Assembly: GCA_964016885.1 (NCBI GenBank)
Contig: OZ024742.1
Location: forward strand, 10,416,001-10,480,000
DNA: 64,000 nucleotides
Direction: 5' to 3'
Origin: Eledone cirrhosa
Lineage: Eukaryota
In this document: positions 27,703-41,619 of the stretch, in pieces
How the letters are laid out: each line of letters begins with the position of its first letter
Position numbering within the stretch: the stretch's first letter is position 1
Translations under genes and position numbers: made by a program
The notes under the pieces: model-generated
What the model saw: the letters and a program-made list of their open reading frames with translations, nothing else
Told to the model about the DNA's origin: nothing
Database searches by the model: none

Positions 27703-28240
27703 ATAGGGCGATCAAAATTGATGGTAGTTACGGAGTAGGTAGACCCAGAAAAACCTGGGATGATCTGATAAATTCCGACCTCACACACTTACATCTCTCT
27801 AAAACAATGTCTCTGGACCGAGATCTTTGGCGCTACGCAGTAATACAGAATACCCACCTTGTCTATGTACAAAGCGAAACCTACAGTCAGTAGCCACCTC
27901 TTAACCAAATATACACCCCCAATCCACTACCCCTACCCTATCCTCCCACTCCCACCAACAGCACGAGAAAATGAGATCGAGATCGTGTAGGTGTCACGAC
28001 AAAAAACACACACAGTCCACGCTGTAATGTGGTCGTGTAGATAACACTGTAAAAAGTTCCCAGTTCCACACTGTAAATGTGGTTGGTGTTAGGAAGGGCA
28101 TCCAGCCGTAGAAAACCTGCCAGATAGTCCTGTATGAGCGAGACACGGTCACCCGACCAGCCTTGCCTCAACTGGGACAACTCCCGTCTAACCCATGCTA
28201 GCATGGAAAATGGACGTTAAACGAAGATGATGATGATGAT
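27703..28240 (+). mobile_element. RTE family A 3' fragment
   Basis: RAIKIDGSYGVGRPRKTWDDLINSDL, 3' UTR and (GAT)n tail. Confidence 0.85.
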
Positions 28241-30078
28241 ATAGTTTTTTTTATTGCACACAGTTAGTAGAAATTTAAAGAAAAAAATGTAAAATGTCCT
28301 TGGAAAGATTTATTGACAATAACTTCCTTTACCTTTCAAAAGTGACATGGAAAGATGTACAGATTTGTTATTGTTTCACCTTTCAATACAGTTTGATTTC
28401 TCTTTTTTTATGGAGAGAATGTGGCTCAAATTACTGTCTGTTTAATTTGATTGGTTGATGATGGTCACATGATAAGACATGATGCGTCTGTGTTTACATT
28501 AATGTTATATTTGTTATATATCTTGTGTGTATGTGCATATGTGTGTACACAAAAGGAGACAGAGATTGAAAGAGGGAGAGAGAGATATGGAGACATAGTG
28601 AAGGTCTGATGGAAATGGAAAAGAGATTTATAATATTCTGGGCACATTTGGTCTCCATGTAGATTATCTTGGTTAATTAATCTGCCACTAATTTAATCTC
28701 ATTGATAGTATATAATACATCAAACTGCTGTTTGAAGTTGTCAGCTAATTGACAAGTTGGTCAGCACAAGGTCAGAGTAATCAATACAACAATTACATAC
28801 AATAAAACAGCATTGTTTACTGAAGTTGTACAACTTTATCAACTGGAAAATTAGATATGTGAGTTCAAATTATAGCAAGGTTGAAATATATCTTTTTATT
28901 TCTTTCCCTTTACTAATGTGATAGATGGGGGAGGGGGGGGGGGGGGGGGGGGGCTGGTCTGTGATGAAATAATGGTCTTTGATGTAGGCACAAGGACAAC
29001 AATTTTTGAAGGGGAGGGAAAGTTGATTAAATCAACCCCTGTGCATTACTGGTACTCTATTTTAGGAAGAGCATTCAGTCATAGAAACCAAGCCAGAAAC
29101 AGTTCTGCATGAGCTTGCCTCAAAGGACTTGCCTGACTTGCCTGTCTAACCCATGCTAGCATGGAAAATAGACGTTAAACGATGATGATGATTATATATA
29201 AGAATGTTATATTGTTACTTCATTCCTGCTCCTTATTATTGATATCATTATTAACATGTAAGGACGAGAGGCAAAGTTAGTCCCACCGAGGTTAACTTTG
29301 CCTTTCATCCTTATGGGGGTTGATAAAATAAAGTACCAGTAATACACTGGAATAATTGCTGGCCTTGTCTCAAAAGTAGAAACAATTATTATTAACACTC
29401 TGCTTCTTAATGATACAGATTACAGTGAAATACCAAATGTAGAATACATCACATCACCAACCAGACCCATAGTAGCATGGAGTACTCAAACTGGTGACCA
29501 AATAGTAACTAAACATTATATATATATATATATATATATGTTTCGCTGTGACCCGTCTTATCTCTCCTTCTACCTACCTATTTCATTACTATCTACTCTT
29601 CCCCCCTCTTTCTCTCTCCACTTTCCTTCACCCTCTCTCTCTCAGCACTTCATTGTTTCCCTCCCCTGACCCACTAGCAGTCCTTTTCTCACTTACACTC
29701 GCTGGGATCAGATGGTTTTTTTCAGTCGTCCACACACTTTAGAACTTATGTTCAGCACCGTTGCCGACTTGGATTTTCTTTCTTGAAGTTGCTGGCACAT
29801 TCTCTGGTTTGTTGTTTTCTTTTGCTGTTTTTCACTTTTCTTCCTTTTTTCCATTTTCCTCCCCTCTATCCTCCGTTTTCCCAATAACTTACCCAGTTAT
29901 TCAATGCTCTGGGGGTAGATATATTGTCTTTAAAGTGTTGAAATATCTGAGATCCCCAGTAGACAACTGATGAGGACCCCCCCCCCCCCTCCCGTTCTTG
30001 CTTTCTTCTTAATTTTCAGCCTACCTTAACTGGCAACTACACAGCCTTCCTATTCTCCATTTTTATATATATATATAT

Positions 30079-30110
<32 letters not shown>

Positions 30111-30113
30111 ATA

Positions 30114-30387
30114 TGAAGGCGCATGGCTTAGTGGTTAGAGCATTGGGCTTGGAATCACGTTGCTCCAGTTTACTCAGCTGTAGAAATGAGATGATAGGAC
30201 TGGGGTCCCTATCATTCCACTGCAAAGTGGTTGTGGAGGTGCCAACGGCAAAAAAGCATCCAGCACTCACTGTAAATGAGGTTGGTGTTAGGAAGGGGCA
30301 TCCAGCTGTAGAAGTTAAGCCAGAATCAGTTCCCGTCCCACCCTTGCAAGCTGAGTAAAGCGGGCGTAAAATAATGATGATGATGAT
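30114..30387 (+). mobile_element. SINE family 2, internally deleted
   Basis: A box tggcttagtgg, Ceph-like domain and RTE family B tail. Confidence 0.75.
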
Positions 30388-30389
30388 AT

Positions 30390-30650
30390 ATAGTGTAGGT
30401 AGTACAAGTGAAATACAGGTGTTGGTACCAACCAAACACTCTATGCACAGGCAGAGTGTATATAATAGAAGAAAAAAAACGAGAATGTATCACTCATATT
30501 CATCTCCCTCATTGCCTGCCTGTAGTTTCTGGAATTAAGAAACAATATTAATTATCCCAATAAATTAAGACAACCAATGTTGGAAGAAATTCTTCATCAG
30601 GTAGGATTCTTGGGATAAAGAAATGATATTCAATAGATAGAATACCACAT
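30390..30650 (-). mobile_element. pLTR-like element with degenerate hammerhead and ACTC..GAGT tail
   Basis: Minus strand: CTGATGA-agaatt...aattcca-GAAActacag; tail tacACTCtgcctgtgcataGAGTgtt. Confidence 0.5.
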
Positions 30651-30904
30651 ATATAATTATTTCATTACATAATAAACAACACAATATAATTATCCCATTA
30701 CCAAAGGTTTTAGGTAATGGAATAATTATATTGTGTTGTTTATTCATCATCACCGTTTTACGTCCATTCTTCATGTTAGCATTGGTTAGACGGGCTGTCC
30801 TGTTGTGGGCAGTGTCTAGTCAGCTTAGCACTGTACTATACATAGAGCACTCTTCTTTCCTTTACCCTTTCTACGGAAATACTTAACATATATACATACA
30901 TATG

Positions 30905-31288
30905 TATCATCATCACTATTTACGTCCGCTTTTCCTTGCCTTGCAAGGGTGGGACGGACACTGATTCTGGCTTGACTTCTACAGCTGGATGCCCTTCCTA
31001 TCACCAACCTCATTTACAGTGTGGGCTGGGTGCTTTTTTGCTGTGGCACCTCCACGACCACTTTACAATGTGGGCTGGGTGCTTTTTTGCCATGGCACCT
31101 CCACGACCTCTTTGTAGTGGAATGATAGGGACCCCAGTCCCCATCATCTCATTTTTATAGCTGAGTAAACTGGAACAATGTGAAATAAAGTGTCTTGCTC
31201 AAGGAAACAACACATCAACGGTCTGAGAATTGAACTCACCTTTCGATTGCAAGGTCAATTCTCTAACCACTGAGCCATGTGCCTCCAT
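30905..31288 (-). mobile_element. SINE family 2, full-length
   Basis: Reverse complement of ggaggcacatggctcagtggttag...gagttcaattc, ccttgagcaagacacttt, RTE tail. Confidence 0.8.
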
Positions 31289-32062
31289 ATATATATATAT
31301 ACATACATATATATATATCCAATGGCTAAGAAAATCCCCTCAGCCATATTTGAATTACTGCTGTATCAAGGAAACTGGATAGAATAGAGCATCTCTCATC
31401 TTTACCAGGATCTATATTAGAAAACACTAATATTACCATTCATATACTATATATATATACACCAATGTCAGTGTTGAACAAAAGGGCAACGATGGTTGTT
31501 AAACACTGTACGGCTTAACTCGGGATGTTTGTTTACAAACAAACCGAGCATTATAATAAATGTTCAGTAAATCCATACGTACATATATATGTGTGCATGT
31601 ATGTATATATATACATACTACTGTACGTCTGTATACATATATGTATGTACGTGTACATACTTATATTTAAGTAACAGCCGTACGAAGAGTGGGAATGAAA
31701 TTTTGTTTCATTTTTTCCACTATATATACTATATATATATACTATATATACTATATATATATACTATATATATATACTATATATACTATATATATATACT
31801 ATATATACTATATATATATACTATATATATATACTATATATATATACCATATATATATACTATATATATATACTATATATATATATATATATATATATGC
31901 ATGCATAGACATCATCATCACCGTTTAAAGTGTGCTTTTCAGCTAGCATAATATACGTGTGTGTACATGTGTGTGTACAAGTGTATGTGTGTGTGTGTGT
32001 ACAAGTGTGTGTGTGTGTGTGTATCATCCTATAATCTTGCCTATATAAATATTTTAAATAGA

Positions 32063-32094
<32 letters not shown>

Positions 32095-32711
32095 CAATTT
32101 ACCTAATTCCAAAATGAACTGCTGAGGAATGTAATTTATTTCACTTAGTAAGTCTTTAATCATAGTAGCCATATTGCCAATCAAACAAGTAGCACTTTTG
32201 TTTAATGAAGCTGTACTAAAAACCTGTCAACTAATTACAATAAACAATCTGTTATTTCTATATTTTCTTATCAAATAGAAAAAATAAGAAATTCCATATG
32301 TAATTGATGTAAGCAAGATTGTTAAAGAACATAACTTGTAAACTAATGAATGTTTTCTACTGTTCTGTGTAGTTTACTGTTTAGTTCTATGGTTTCCAAC
32401 ACACATATATAAGCACACACATACATATGCACACACATATATGCATACACATACACACACTCACATAAACATACACACACACATAATGACGCGTACATAT
32501 GACACACATACACAGGCATATGTGTTATTTAATGCATGTGTGATCCATTTTAGAATAGTCGCACTGTATCCCTGCATGTCGTAAAAATGGACTAAATGGG
32601 TCAGTGTTAGAAGACGCAACTGGCTGTAAAACACTACTACTACCACTACCACTAGTAATTACTACCACCACCACCACTACTATTATTACCACTACTACTA
32701 AATTTATCCAC

Positions 32712-33045
32712 TTCTTTGTGATGACATGATAAAACCTTTCCATCTCACATGATCCAACAATAACTACTTCAGATCTTCACCATATAGTTCTGTATCTTTG
32801 TGGTGACATGATAAACCCTTTCCATCTCACACAACCCAACAATTACTACTTCAGATCTTCACCATATAGTTTCTGTATCTTTGTGGTGACATGATAAACC
32901 CTTTCCATCTCACACAACCCAACAATTACTACTTCAGATCTTCACCATATAGTTCTGTATATTTGTGGTGACATGATAAACCCTTTCCATCTCACACGCC
33001 CCAACATTAACTACCTCAGATCTTCATTTGATAGTTCTGTATCTT
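32712..33045. repeat. ~83-bp tandem repeat, 4 copies
   Basis: Unit tctttgtggtgacatgataaaccctttccatctcac...atagttctgta. Confidence 0.85.
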
Positions 33046-33365
33046 CCTCAACGAATCTCTTTAATGTTTTGAAAGGTCTTCCACATTATTAGGCCTCTTA
33101 TAGTAAAAGTATTGTAACTGGCTCTTTGCTTCTCATGACTTGACCTGCAAGTTGAAGACACCTGACATCGATGGTATGGCTAATGGTTGGTTACTGTAGA
33201 TAATTAGGTTTGTAGTCGCATTGACAGATACTGGCTGTAAAATATTATCTGAGAAAAGTTCAAACCAAACCATTTACGCATGAAAAACCCCAAATAAATA
33301 TGAGTTGGAATATGATGAGGTAAATACAACAGTCTGACCTTCATCATAGGGTGTATATGTACTAA

Positions 33366-33551
33366 ATAATTGTTTCTACTTTAGGCACAAGGCCAGCAAT
33401 TACCCAGTGCATTACTGGTACTTTATTTTATCGACCCCGTAAGGATGAAAGCAAAGTCAACCTCAGCGGGATTTGAACTCAGATCGTAAAGGGACGTAAT
33501 TATGCTGGAAAGCATTGCGTCCGACCCTCTACCGATACTGCCAATCCGCCA
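33366..33551 (-). mobile_element. SINE family 1, full-length
   Basis: Head, B box and body on the minus strand; flanked by a tatgtactaaata direct repeat (TSD-like). Confidence 0.8.
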
Positions 33552-33910
33552 TATATGTACTAAATATGTACTAAATAATATCTCCAATTTACTTTCTTTA
33601 AAGTAGGGTGTACTAAGCTGAATAATGGTGGTATTGCTACTCTTTAATCAGTAACATTGTAACCATATATATAACTAATGTCAGTAACGACTTATGTAAA
33701 AATTTGAACTGTTAAAGAACACCAACCACCAGTGAAATCATCCTTCTCTTTTTTCAAATATATCTTACTATACCAAGGAATTCCTTTCATTTTCTACTAT
33801 ATATAGTGAAAGTTTAGGGCTGAAACACTTGTTTGAGGGGGAGGGAGTCTTCTCTGAAGACCTTCTGTTGTCTAACTCTCTTGAGAATTTCTTACCAATA
33901 TATATATATA

Positions 33911-33972
33911 AGGCTAAATAATGAGTCTTATGACTCTCGAGTTTTGCCTGCTTCTCACAGGGTCATCAGACT
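33911..33972 (-). ncRNA. Degenerate hammerhead, same family as the 26111 element
   Basis: Minus strand: agt-CTGATGA-ccctgtgagaagcaggc-aAAAC-tcgaga-GTC-ataagactcattatttagcct; G12 is mutated. Confidence 0.55.
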
Positions 33973-34233
33973 ATATATATATATATATGTATATTAGAAA
34001 AGTCTACAGTTGTGTCAAAGATGCAACAATCTCTTTAGTTTGGGTGCCATGATAAAATAAACCCAGTCCAGCCTGTAAAGTGGTTAATGACAAGCTGAGC
34101 AACCATCTATAGAAACCATGACAAAACAGAGAAAACATTATCCAGCAGTACCTATGATCATTTGTCTGTCTGTCTGTCTCTGTCTGTCTGTCTCTCTCAC
34201 TCCCTGTCTCTGTCTGTCTGTCTATCTGTCTCT

Positions 34234-34338
<105 letters not shown>

Positions 34339-34484
34339 ATGTGCATGTGTCTGTTTCTGTATCAATTCTCACTGAGGATAACTATACTTTCATCCTTACC
34401 AGGTTGATAAAATAAAGTACCAGTAACGTACCGGGGTTGATTTAACTGATTTTCCCCTGCGCCCAAAATTGCTGACCTTGTGCC

Positions 34485-34684
34485 NNNNNNNNNNNNNNNN
34501 NNNNNNNNNNNNNNNNNNNNNNNNNNNNNNNNNNNNNNNNNNNNNNNNNNNNNNNNNNNNNNNNNNNNNNNNNNNNNNNNNNNNNNNNNNNNNNNNNNNN
34601 NNNNNNNNNNNNNNNNNNNNNNNNNNNNNNNNNNNNNNNNNNNNNNNNNNNNNNNNNNNNNNNNNNNNNNNNNNNNNNNNNNNN
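34485..34684. other. Assembly gap (200 N)
   Basis: Run of N. Confidence 1.
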
Positions 34685-36418
34685 GAGGAAACTATAGAGG
34701 TATAAAGTTGATGGACCAGGTCATGAAAGTAACAGAAAGAGTTATAGCACAGCTGATTAGGGACCGGGTGAATATAGACGAGATGCAATTTGGGTTTGTA
34801 CCAGGGAAAGGCACCACTGATGCCCTCTTCCTTGTGAGGTAATTACAGGAAAAGTACCTAGCTAAAAGTAAGCCACTCTACTTGGCATTTGTCGACCTTG
34901 AGAAAGCCTTTGACAGAGTTCCACGTGCAGTAATCTGGTGGGCTCTTAGAAAACTAGGAGTAGATGAATGGCTTGTGAAAGCGGTACAAGCCATGTATAG
35001 GGGAGCAGTCAGCAAAGTTAGGATTGGCAATGAGTATAGCGAGGAATTTAGCGTACAGGTTGGGGTCCACCAGGGCTCTGTTCTTAGCCCTCTCCTGTTC
35101 ATCATAGTCCTGCAGGCAATAACGGAGGAGTTTAAGACCGGATGCCCATGGGAACTCCTGTATGCTGATGACCTCGCACTCATAGCTGAATCTATGGTAG
35201 AACTAGAGAATAAATTCCAAACCTGGAAGCAGGGACTAGAGAGAAAGGGCCTCAAAGTCAACATGACAAAGACTAAGGTCCTTATAAGTAGACGAGAAAA
35301 CAGAACCCAGATCCCCTCAGGGAAATGGCCTTGCTCAGTATGTAGGAAAGGTGTAGGTAGGAACTCCATTCTCTGCCCCAAATGCAAACAATGGGTACAC
35401 AAGAGATGTAGCGGGATCTCAGGAAGCTTAATTAAGAATGTAGGATTCACATGCAGCAGCTGTGCTGAAACAGCAAGCAAACAGCCACAGGAAACAAGTA
35501 CCACCAATCTCTGGGAGGGCCCTGTAGAAACAGTAGACAGCTTCTGCTACCTAGGTGACCGAATTAGCAACGGAGGTGGGTGCTCAGAAAGTACAATAAC
35601 TAGGGTAAGAACGGGATGGAAGAAGTTTAGGGAACTACTACCACTGCTAGCTGCAAAAGGCTTCTCCCTCAGAATGAAAGGCAGACTGTATGATGCGTGT
35701 ATCCGAACAGCGATGTTGCATGGTAGTGAGACCTGGGCGCTGAAGGTGGAAGACTTACGTAGATTAGAGAGAAACGAAGCCTGCATGCTCCGATGGATGT
35801 GTAACAGTAATATACGTGAACGACAAAGCATAAAGGAATTGAGAGAGAGACTGAGCATAAGAGGAATCAAATGCTGCGTGCAGGAGAGGCGGTTACGCTG
35901 GTATGGACATGTGATGCGTATGAAGGATGACAGCTGCATACAAAGGTGCAGAGCACTAGAAGTTGATGGAAACCGCGGAGTGGGGAGACCCAAGATGACT
36001 TGGGATGAGGTGATAAAAGCCGACCTTACCCAACTACAACTCTCAAAGTCAATGACACACGACCGTGACTTCTGGCGTCACGCAGTAATACAGGGTACCC
36101 GACCTCCCATGGGTACATGCTGAAGCATATAAACAATATGCCCCCCCCTCCCCCCCACCGCAAGGTGGTCGTGGAGCTGCCACGGCAAAAAAGCACCCAG
36201 CCCACACTGTAAAGTGGACGTGTAGGCGCCACGAAAAAGCACCCAGCACTCACTGTAAATGAGGTTGGTGTTAGGAAGGGCATCCAGCTGTAGAAATCAA
36301 GCCAGATCAGTTCCTGTATGAGCAAGGCATGGTCAGCCGACCAGACACTGCCCACAACAGGACAACCCGTCTAACCCATGCTAGCGTGGAAGAACGGACG
36401 TAAAACGGTGATGATGAT
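34685..36418 (+). mobile_element. RTE LINE family A: RT domain, PHD finger, C-terminus and 3' UTR
   Basis: NYRGIKL, QFGF, FVDLEKAFD, QGSVLSP, YADD, FCYLG; one in-frame TAA near 34840; 5' end lost in the gap. Confidence 0.95.
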
Positions 36419-36429
36419 ATATATAAAAT

Positions 36430-36472
<43 letters not shown>

Positions 36473-36780
36473 TATATATAATATATATATATATATATAA
36501 AATATATATATAAAATATATATATATGAAATATATATATATAAAATATATATATATATATAAAATAAATATATATATATAAAATAAATATATAAAATATA
36601 TATATATATATAAAATAAATATATAAAATATATATATATATAATATATATATATATAAAATAAATATATATATATAAAATAAATATATAAATATATATAT
36701 ATATAATATATATATGTGGAACACGGACGTTAAACGTTGATGATGATGATGATATATATAAAATATATATATATATATAA

Positions 36781-36897
36781 TAACGAAGGAAATGTGGTAA
36801 GGAACCAGGTGGACCATAACGCACCAAAGTACTCAATACTTGAGGTAGTAGAGTGTGTAATAGGAACCAGTAAGACTGTCGGGGTCTTACTGGTTCC

Positions 36898-36900
<3 letters not shown>
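36781..36900 (-). mobile_element. Short fold-back pLTR-like element, same family as 57785
   Basis: Hairpin ataggaaccagtaagac-tgtcggg-gtcttactggttcctat plus a tail homologous to 57907-57975. Confidence 0.7.
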
Positions 36901-36941
<41 letters not shown>

Positions 36942-36942
36942 T

Positions 36943-36987
<45 letters not shown>

Positions 36988-37048
36988 AATATATAAAATA
37001 TATATATATATTATATATATATATATATATAAAATAAATATATAAAAT

Positions 37049-37098
<50 letters not shown>

Positions 37099-37560
37099 AA
37101 TATATAAAATATATATAATATATATATATATATATATAAAATATATATATATGTATAATATATATATATATATATAAAATATATATATATGTATAATATA
37201 TATATATATAAATATATAAAATATATATATATGTATAATATATATATATATATATAAAATATATATATATGTAGAATATATATATATATAAATATATAAA
37301 ATATATATATATGTATAATATATATATATATATATAAAATATATATATATGTATAATATATATATATATATATAAAATATATATATATGTATAATATATA
37401 TATATATATAAATATATAAAATATATATATATGTATAATATATATATATATATATATAAAATATATATATATGTATAATATATATATATATATATATATA
37501 AAATATATATATATGTTATAAATATATATATATAAATATATAAAATATATATATATGTAT

Positions 37561-37632
<72 letters not shown>

Positions 37633-37665
37633 ATATATATATGTATAATATATATATATATATAT

Positions 37666-39041
37666 ATGGAAGCACGGCCCAGAGTCAAAAGGAGAAATTC
37701 CAAACATGGAAGCACGGCCTAGAGTCAAAAGGAGAAATTCCAAACATGGAAGCACGGCCTAGAGTCAAAAGGACTTAAAATTAACCTGGCTAAGACCAAA
37801 GTACTAGTTTGTAGGAAAGAAAACAAGGCGGCGGTCCCTTCTGGGAAATGGTCGTGCTCGGTGTGTAGGAAAGGCGTAGGTAGAAACTCCATTTTATGTC
37901 CTAAATGCAAAGTATGGGTGCATAAAAGATGTAGTGGGATCACAGGTAAGCTAACTAAGAACATAGATTTTACATGTGGCCGGTGCTCTGGTGCAATAAG
38001 TAGCAGCAAGTGCCCACAAACTACTAGCTCTTTCAATTGCGCAGAGGGTTCTATAGAAATAGTGGACAGCTTCCGTTACCTGGGCGATAAAATCAGCAGT
38101 GGGGGAGGGTGCTCTGAAAGTACTGTAGCTAGAGTCAGAACTGGTTGGAAAAAGTTCAGAGAGCTTATACCACTATTAGCTGCTAAAGGGTTCTCACTAA
38201 AAATGAAAGGCAGGTTGTACGATGCCTGCATACGAACAGCAATGCTGCATGGCAGTGAGACCTGGGCATTGTGTGCAGAGGATATACGCAGACTAGAGAG
38301 GAACGAAGCTTGCATGCTCCGCTGGATGTGTAACAGTAATATACGTGAACGGCAAAGCATAAACGAACTAAGGAAAAAAAAATTAGAGATAAGAGGGATC
38401 AGATGTTGTTTACTCGAGAGAAGGCTACGTTGGTATGGACACGTGATGCGCATGAAAGTCGATAGCTGTATAACAAAGTGCAGGGCAATAAAGATAGACG
38501 GTAGTCACGGAATAGGCAGACCTAGAAAAACCTGGGACGAGCTGATAAACTCCGACATCACACACTTACACCTCTCCAAGACAATGTCACTGGACCGAGA
38601 CCTTTGGCGGTACTCAGTAACAGAGAAGACCCGCCTTACCTAAATATATAGTAAAACCTACTCCAGCCAGTAGGCATCTCTAACAAAATACACCCCGTCC
38701 CACCACCACCACCCCCACCCCATCCACACCACCCCGTTCTATGTAAAGTTATGTTGGTGCCGCGCCATCGAGGCCGAAACAAATGAGATCGTGTAGGTGT
38801 CACGACAAAAAAACACACAGTCCACGCTGTAATGTGGCCGTGTAGGCAACACGGTAAAAACCTCCCAGACCCACACTGTAAATGTGGTTGGTGTTAGGAA
38901 GGGCATCCAACTGTAGAAAACCTGCCAGACAGTCCTATGCGAGCAAGACAATCACTCTTGCCTCAAGTGGGACTACCCCCGTCCAAACCCATGCAAGCGT
39001 GGAACACGGACGTTAAACGTTGATGATGATGATGATGATGA
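37666..39041 (+). mobile_element. 5'-truncated RTE family A
   Basis: ORF 37861-38643; 40-bp triplication at the 5' end; 3' UTR and (GAT)n. Confidence 0.92.
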
Positions 39042-39105
39042 TATATTTATATGTATATATATATGTATGTATATATATATGTATGTATGTATATATGTAT
39101 GTATG

Positions 39106-39196
<91 letters not shown>

Positions 39197-39367
39197 ATAT
39201 ATATGTATGTATATATGTATGTATATATATATGTATGTATATATATATGTATGTATATATGTATGTATATATATATGTATGTATATATATATGTATGTAT
39301 ATATGTATATATATATATATATATGTATGTGTATATATATATGTATATATATATGTATGTATGTATG

Positions 39368-39400
<33 letters not shown>

Positions 39401-39401
39401 G

Positions 39402-39868
<467 letters not shown>

Positions 39869-39877
39869 ATATATAAA

Positions 39878-39942
<65 letters not shown>

Positions 39943-40016
39943 TATATATAAAATATATATATATATATAAAATATATATATATATATATATATAAAATAA
40001 AATATATATATATATA

Positions 40017-41508
40017 TCATCATCATCATTTTATGTCCGCTTTTCCCTGCTTGCAAGGGTGGGACGGTTCTTATTCAGCACAGCATCTCTCCACTCGTCA
40101 CGGTCCTTCGTCATCTCCTCTGTGAGCTTCAATGATCTGAGGTCTGCCCTCACCATCTCCGTCCATGTTTTTCAAGGTCTACCTCTACCACGTCTTCCTT
40201 CAACTGGCAATTCCTGGCACTTCTTCACCCATCGGTCATCCTCCATGCGCATCACATGTCCATACCACCGCAGTCTCTTCTCCCGTACACTACATTCTAT
40301 CCCTCTCAAACACAGTTTCTCTCTCAACACATTTATGCTGGGTCGTTCATGCACATTTACACTGCACATCCAACGGAGCATGCTTGCCTCATTTCTCTCC
40401 AGCCATCGCATATCCCCTGCAGTTGCTGCCCATGTCTCACTACCATGCAGCATCGCGCTCCTCACACAGGCATCATACAACCGGCCTTTCGTACGCATGG
40501 AGAAACCCTTCTTCGTCAACAGAGGAAGCAGCTCCCTAAACTTCTTCCAACCCATCCTTATTCTAGATACTATGGCCTTGGAACACCCTCCTCCCATGCT
40601 AATCTGATCTCCTAGGTACCGGAAGCTATCCACCACTTCTATAGCGCCCTCCTGCATCTGAAAAATGTGTCTATCAATGCGACTTCTACTGTCTAATTTC
40701 CCTGTACATCTACTGCATACATATTTCTCCCTACCTGTTAGTTTGCCTGCTATCCCACTACATCTCTTGTGTACCCAGGATCTGCATTGTGTGCATTTTA
40801 TAGAATTTATGCTAGTTCCTTTTCTGCATATCGAACATGGCCATTTCCCTGACGGAATCAGGGTTTTGTCCTCTTTTCTACTCATCAACACTTTTGTCTT
40901 AGCTAGGTTCACTCTCAGTCCTCTTGCTTCCAACTGCTGTTTCCATAGCCAGAATTTATTCTCTAGCTCCTCTACTGATTCTGCTATAAGAACCAGATCG
41001 TCAGCATAGAGAAGTTCCCATGGACAGCCAGTCTTAAACTCCTCTGTTATGGCTTGGAGGACTACAATGAACAAGAGCGGGCTGAGGACCGAACCTTGAT
41101 GTACTACTTGTATCTAGAATTCCTCACTAAACTCCATTCCTACCCTGACTTTACTGAGAGTACCCCTGTACAAAGTTTGCACTGTCCTCACAAGCCATTC
41201 CTCAACACGTAGCTTCCTTAGGGACCACCAGATGACAGATCGGGGTACCTTATCAAAGGCCTTCTCTAGGTCAACAAAGGCTAAGTATAGTGGCTTATTT
41301 TTCTCTAAGAACCTCTCTTGCAATTGTCTCACCAAGAAGAGGGCATCTGTTGTACTCTTCCCAGGCACAAAACCAAACTGCATCTCATCTAGTTTGACCC
41401 TTTCTCTAATTAGTTGTGCTAATATCCTTTCTGCCAATTTCATAACCTGACCCATCAGTTTTATACCCCTATAATTGCTCCTCTCCAGAGCAACCCCTTT
41501 ACCTTTGT
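40017..41508 (-). mobile_element. 5'-truncated RTE family B with nonsense codons
   Basis: ORFs 41114-41510 and 40172-41074 (DLEKAFD, YADD, PHD finger, RLRWYGHV). Confidence 0.93.
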
Positions 41509-41519
41509 ATATATATAAA

Positions 41520-41619
41520 GGACGAAGGACCGTGACGAGTGGAGAGATGCTGTGCTGAATAAGACTCGTCCCACCCTTGCAAGCAGGGAAAAGCGGACGT
41601 AAAAGGATGATGATGATGA
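41520..41619 (+). mobile_element. RTE family B 3'-terminal 100 bp, head-to-head with the 40017 copy
   Basis: Near-exact reverse complement of 40017-40110. Confidence 0.8.

Noticed and set aside
35160-35175. CTGATGA matches here and at about 7588, 20269 and 24525
   Set aside because: No correctly placed GAAA or stems; 35164 is simply the YADD codons
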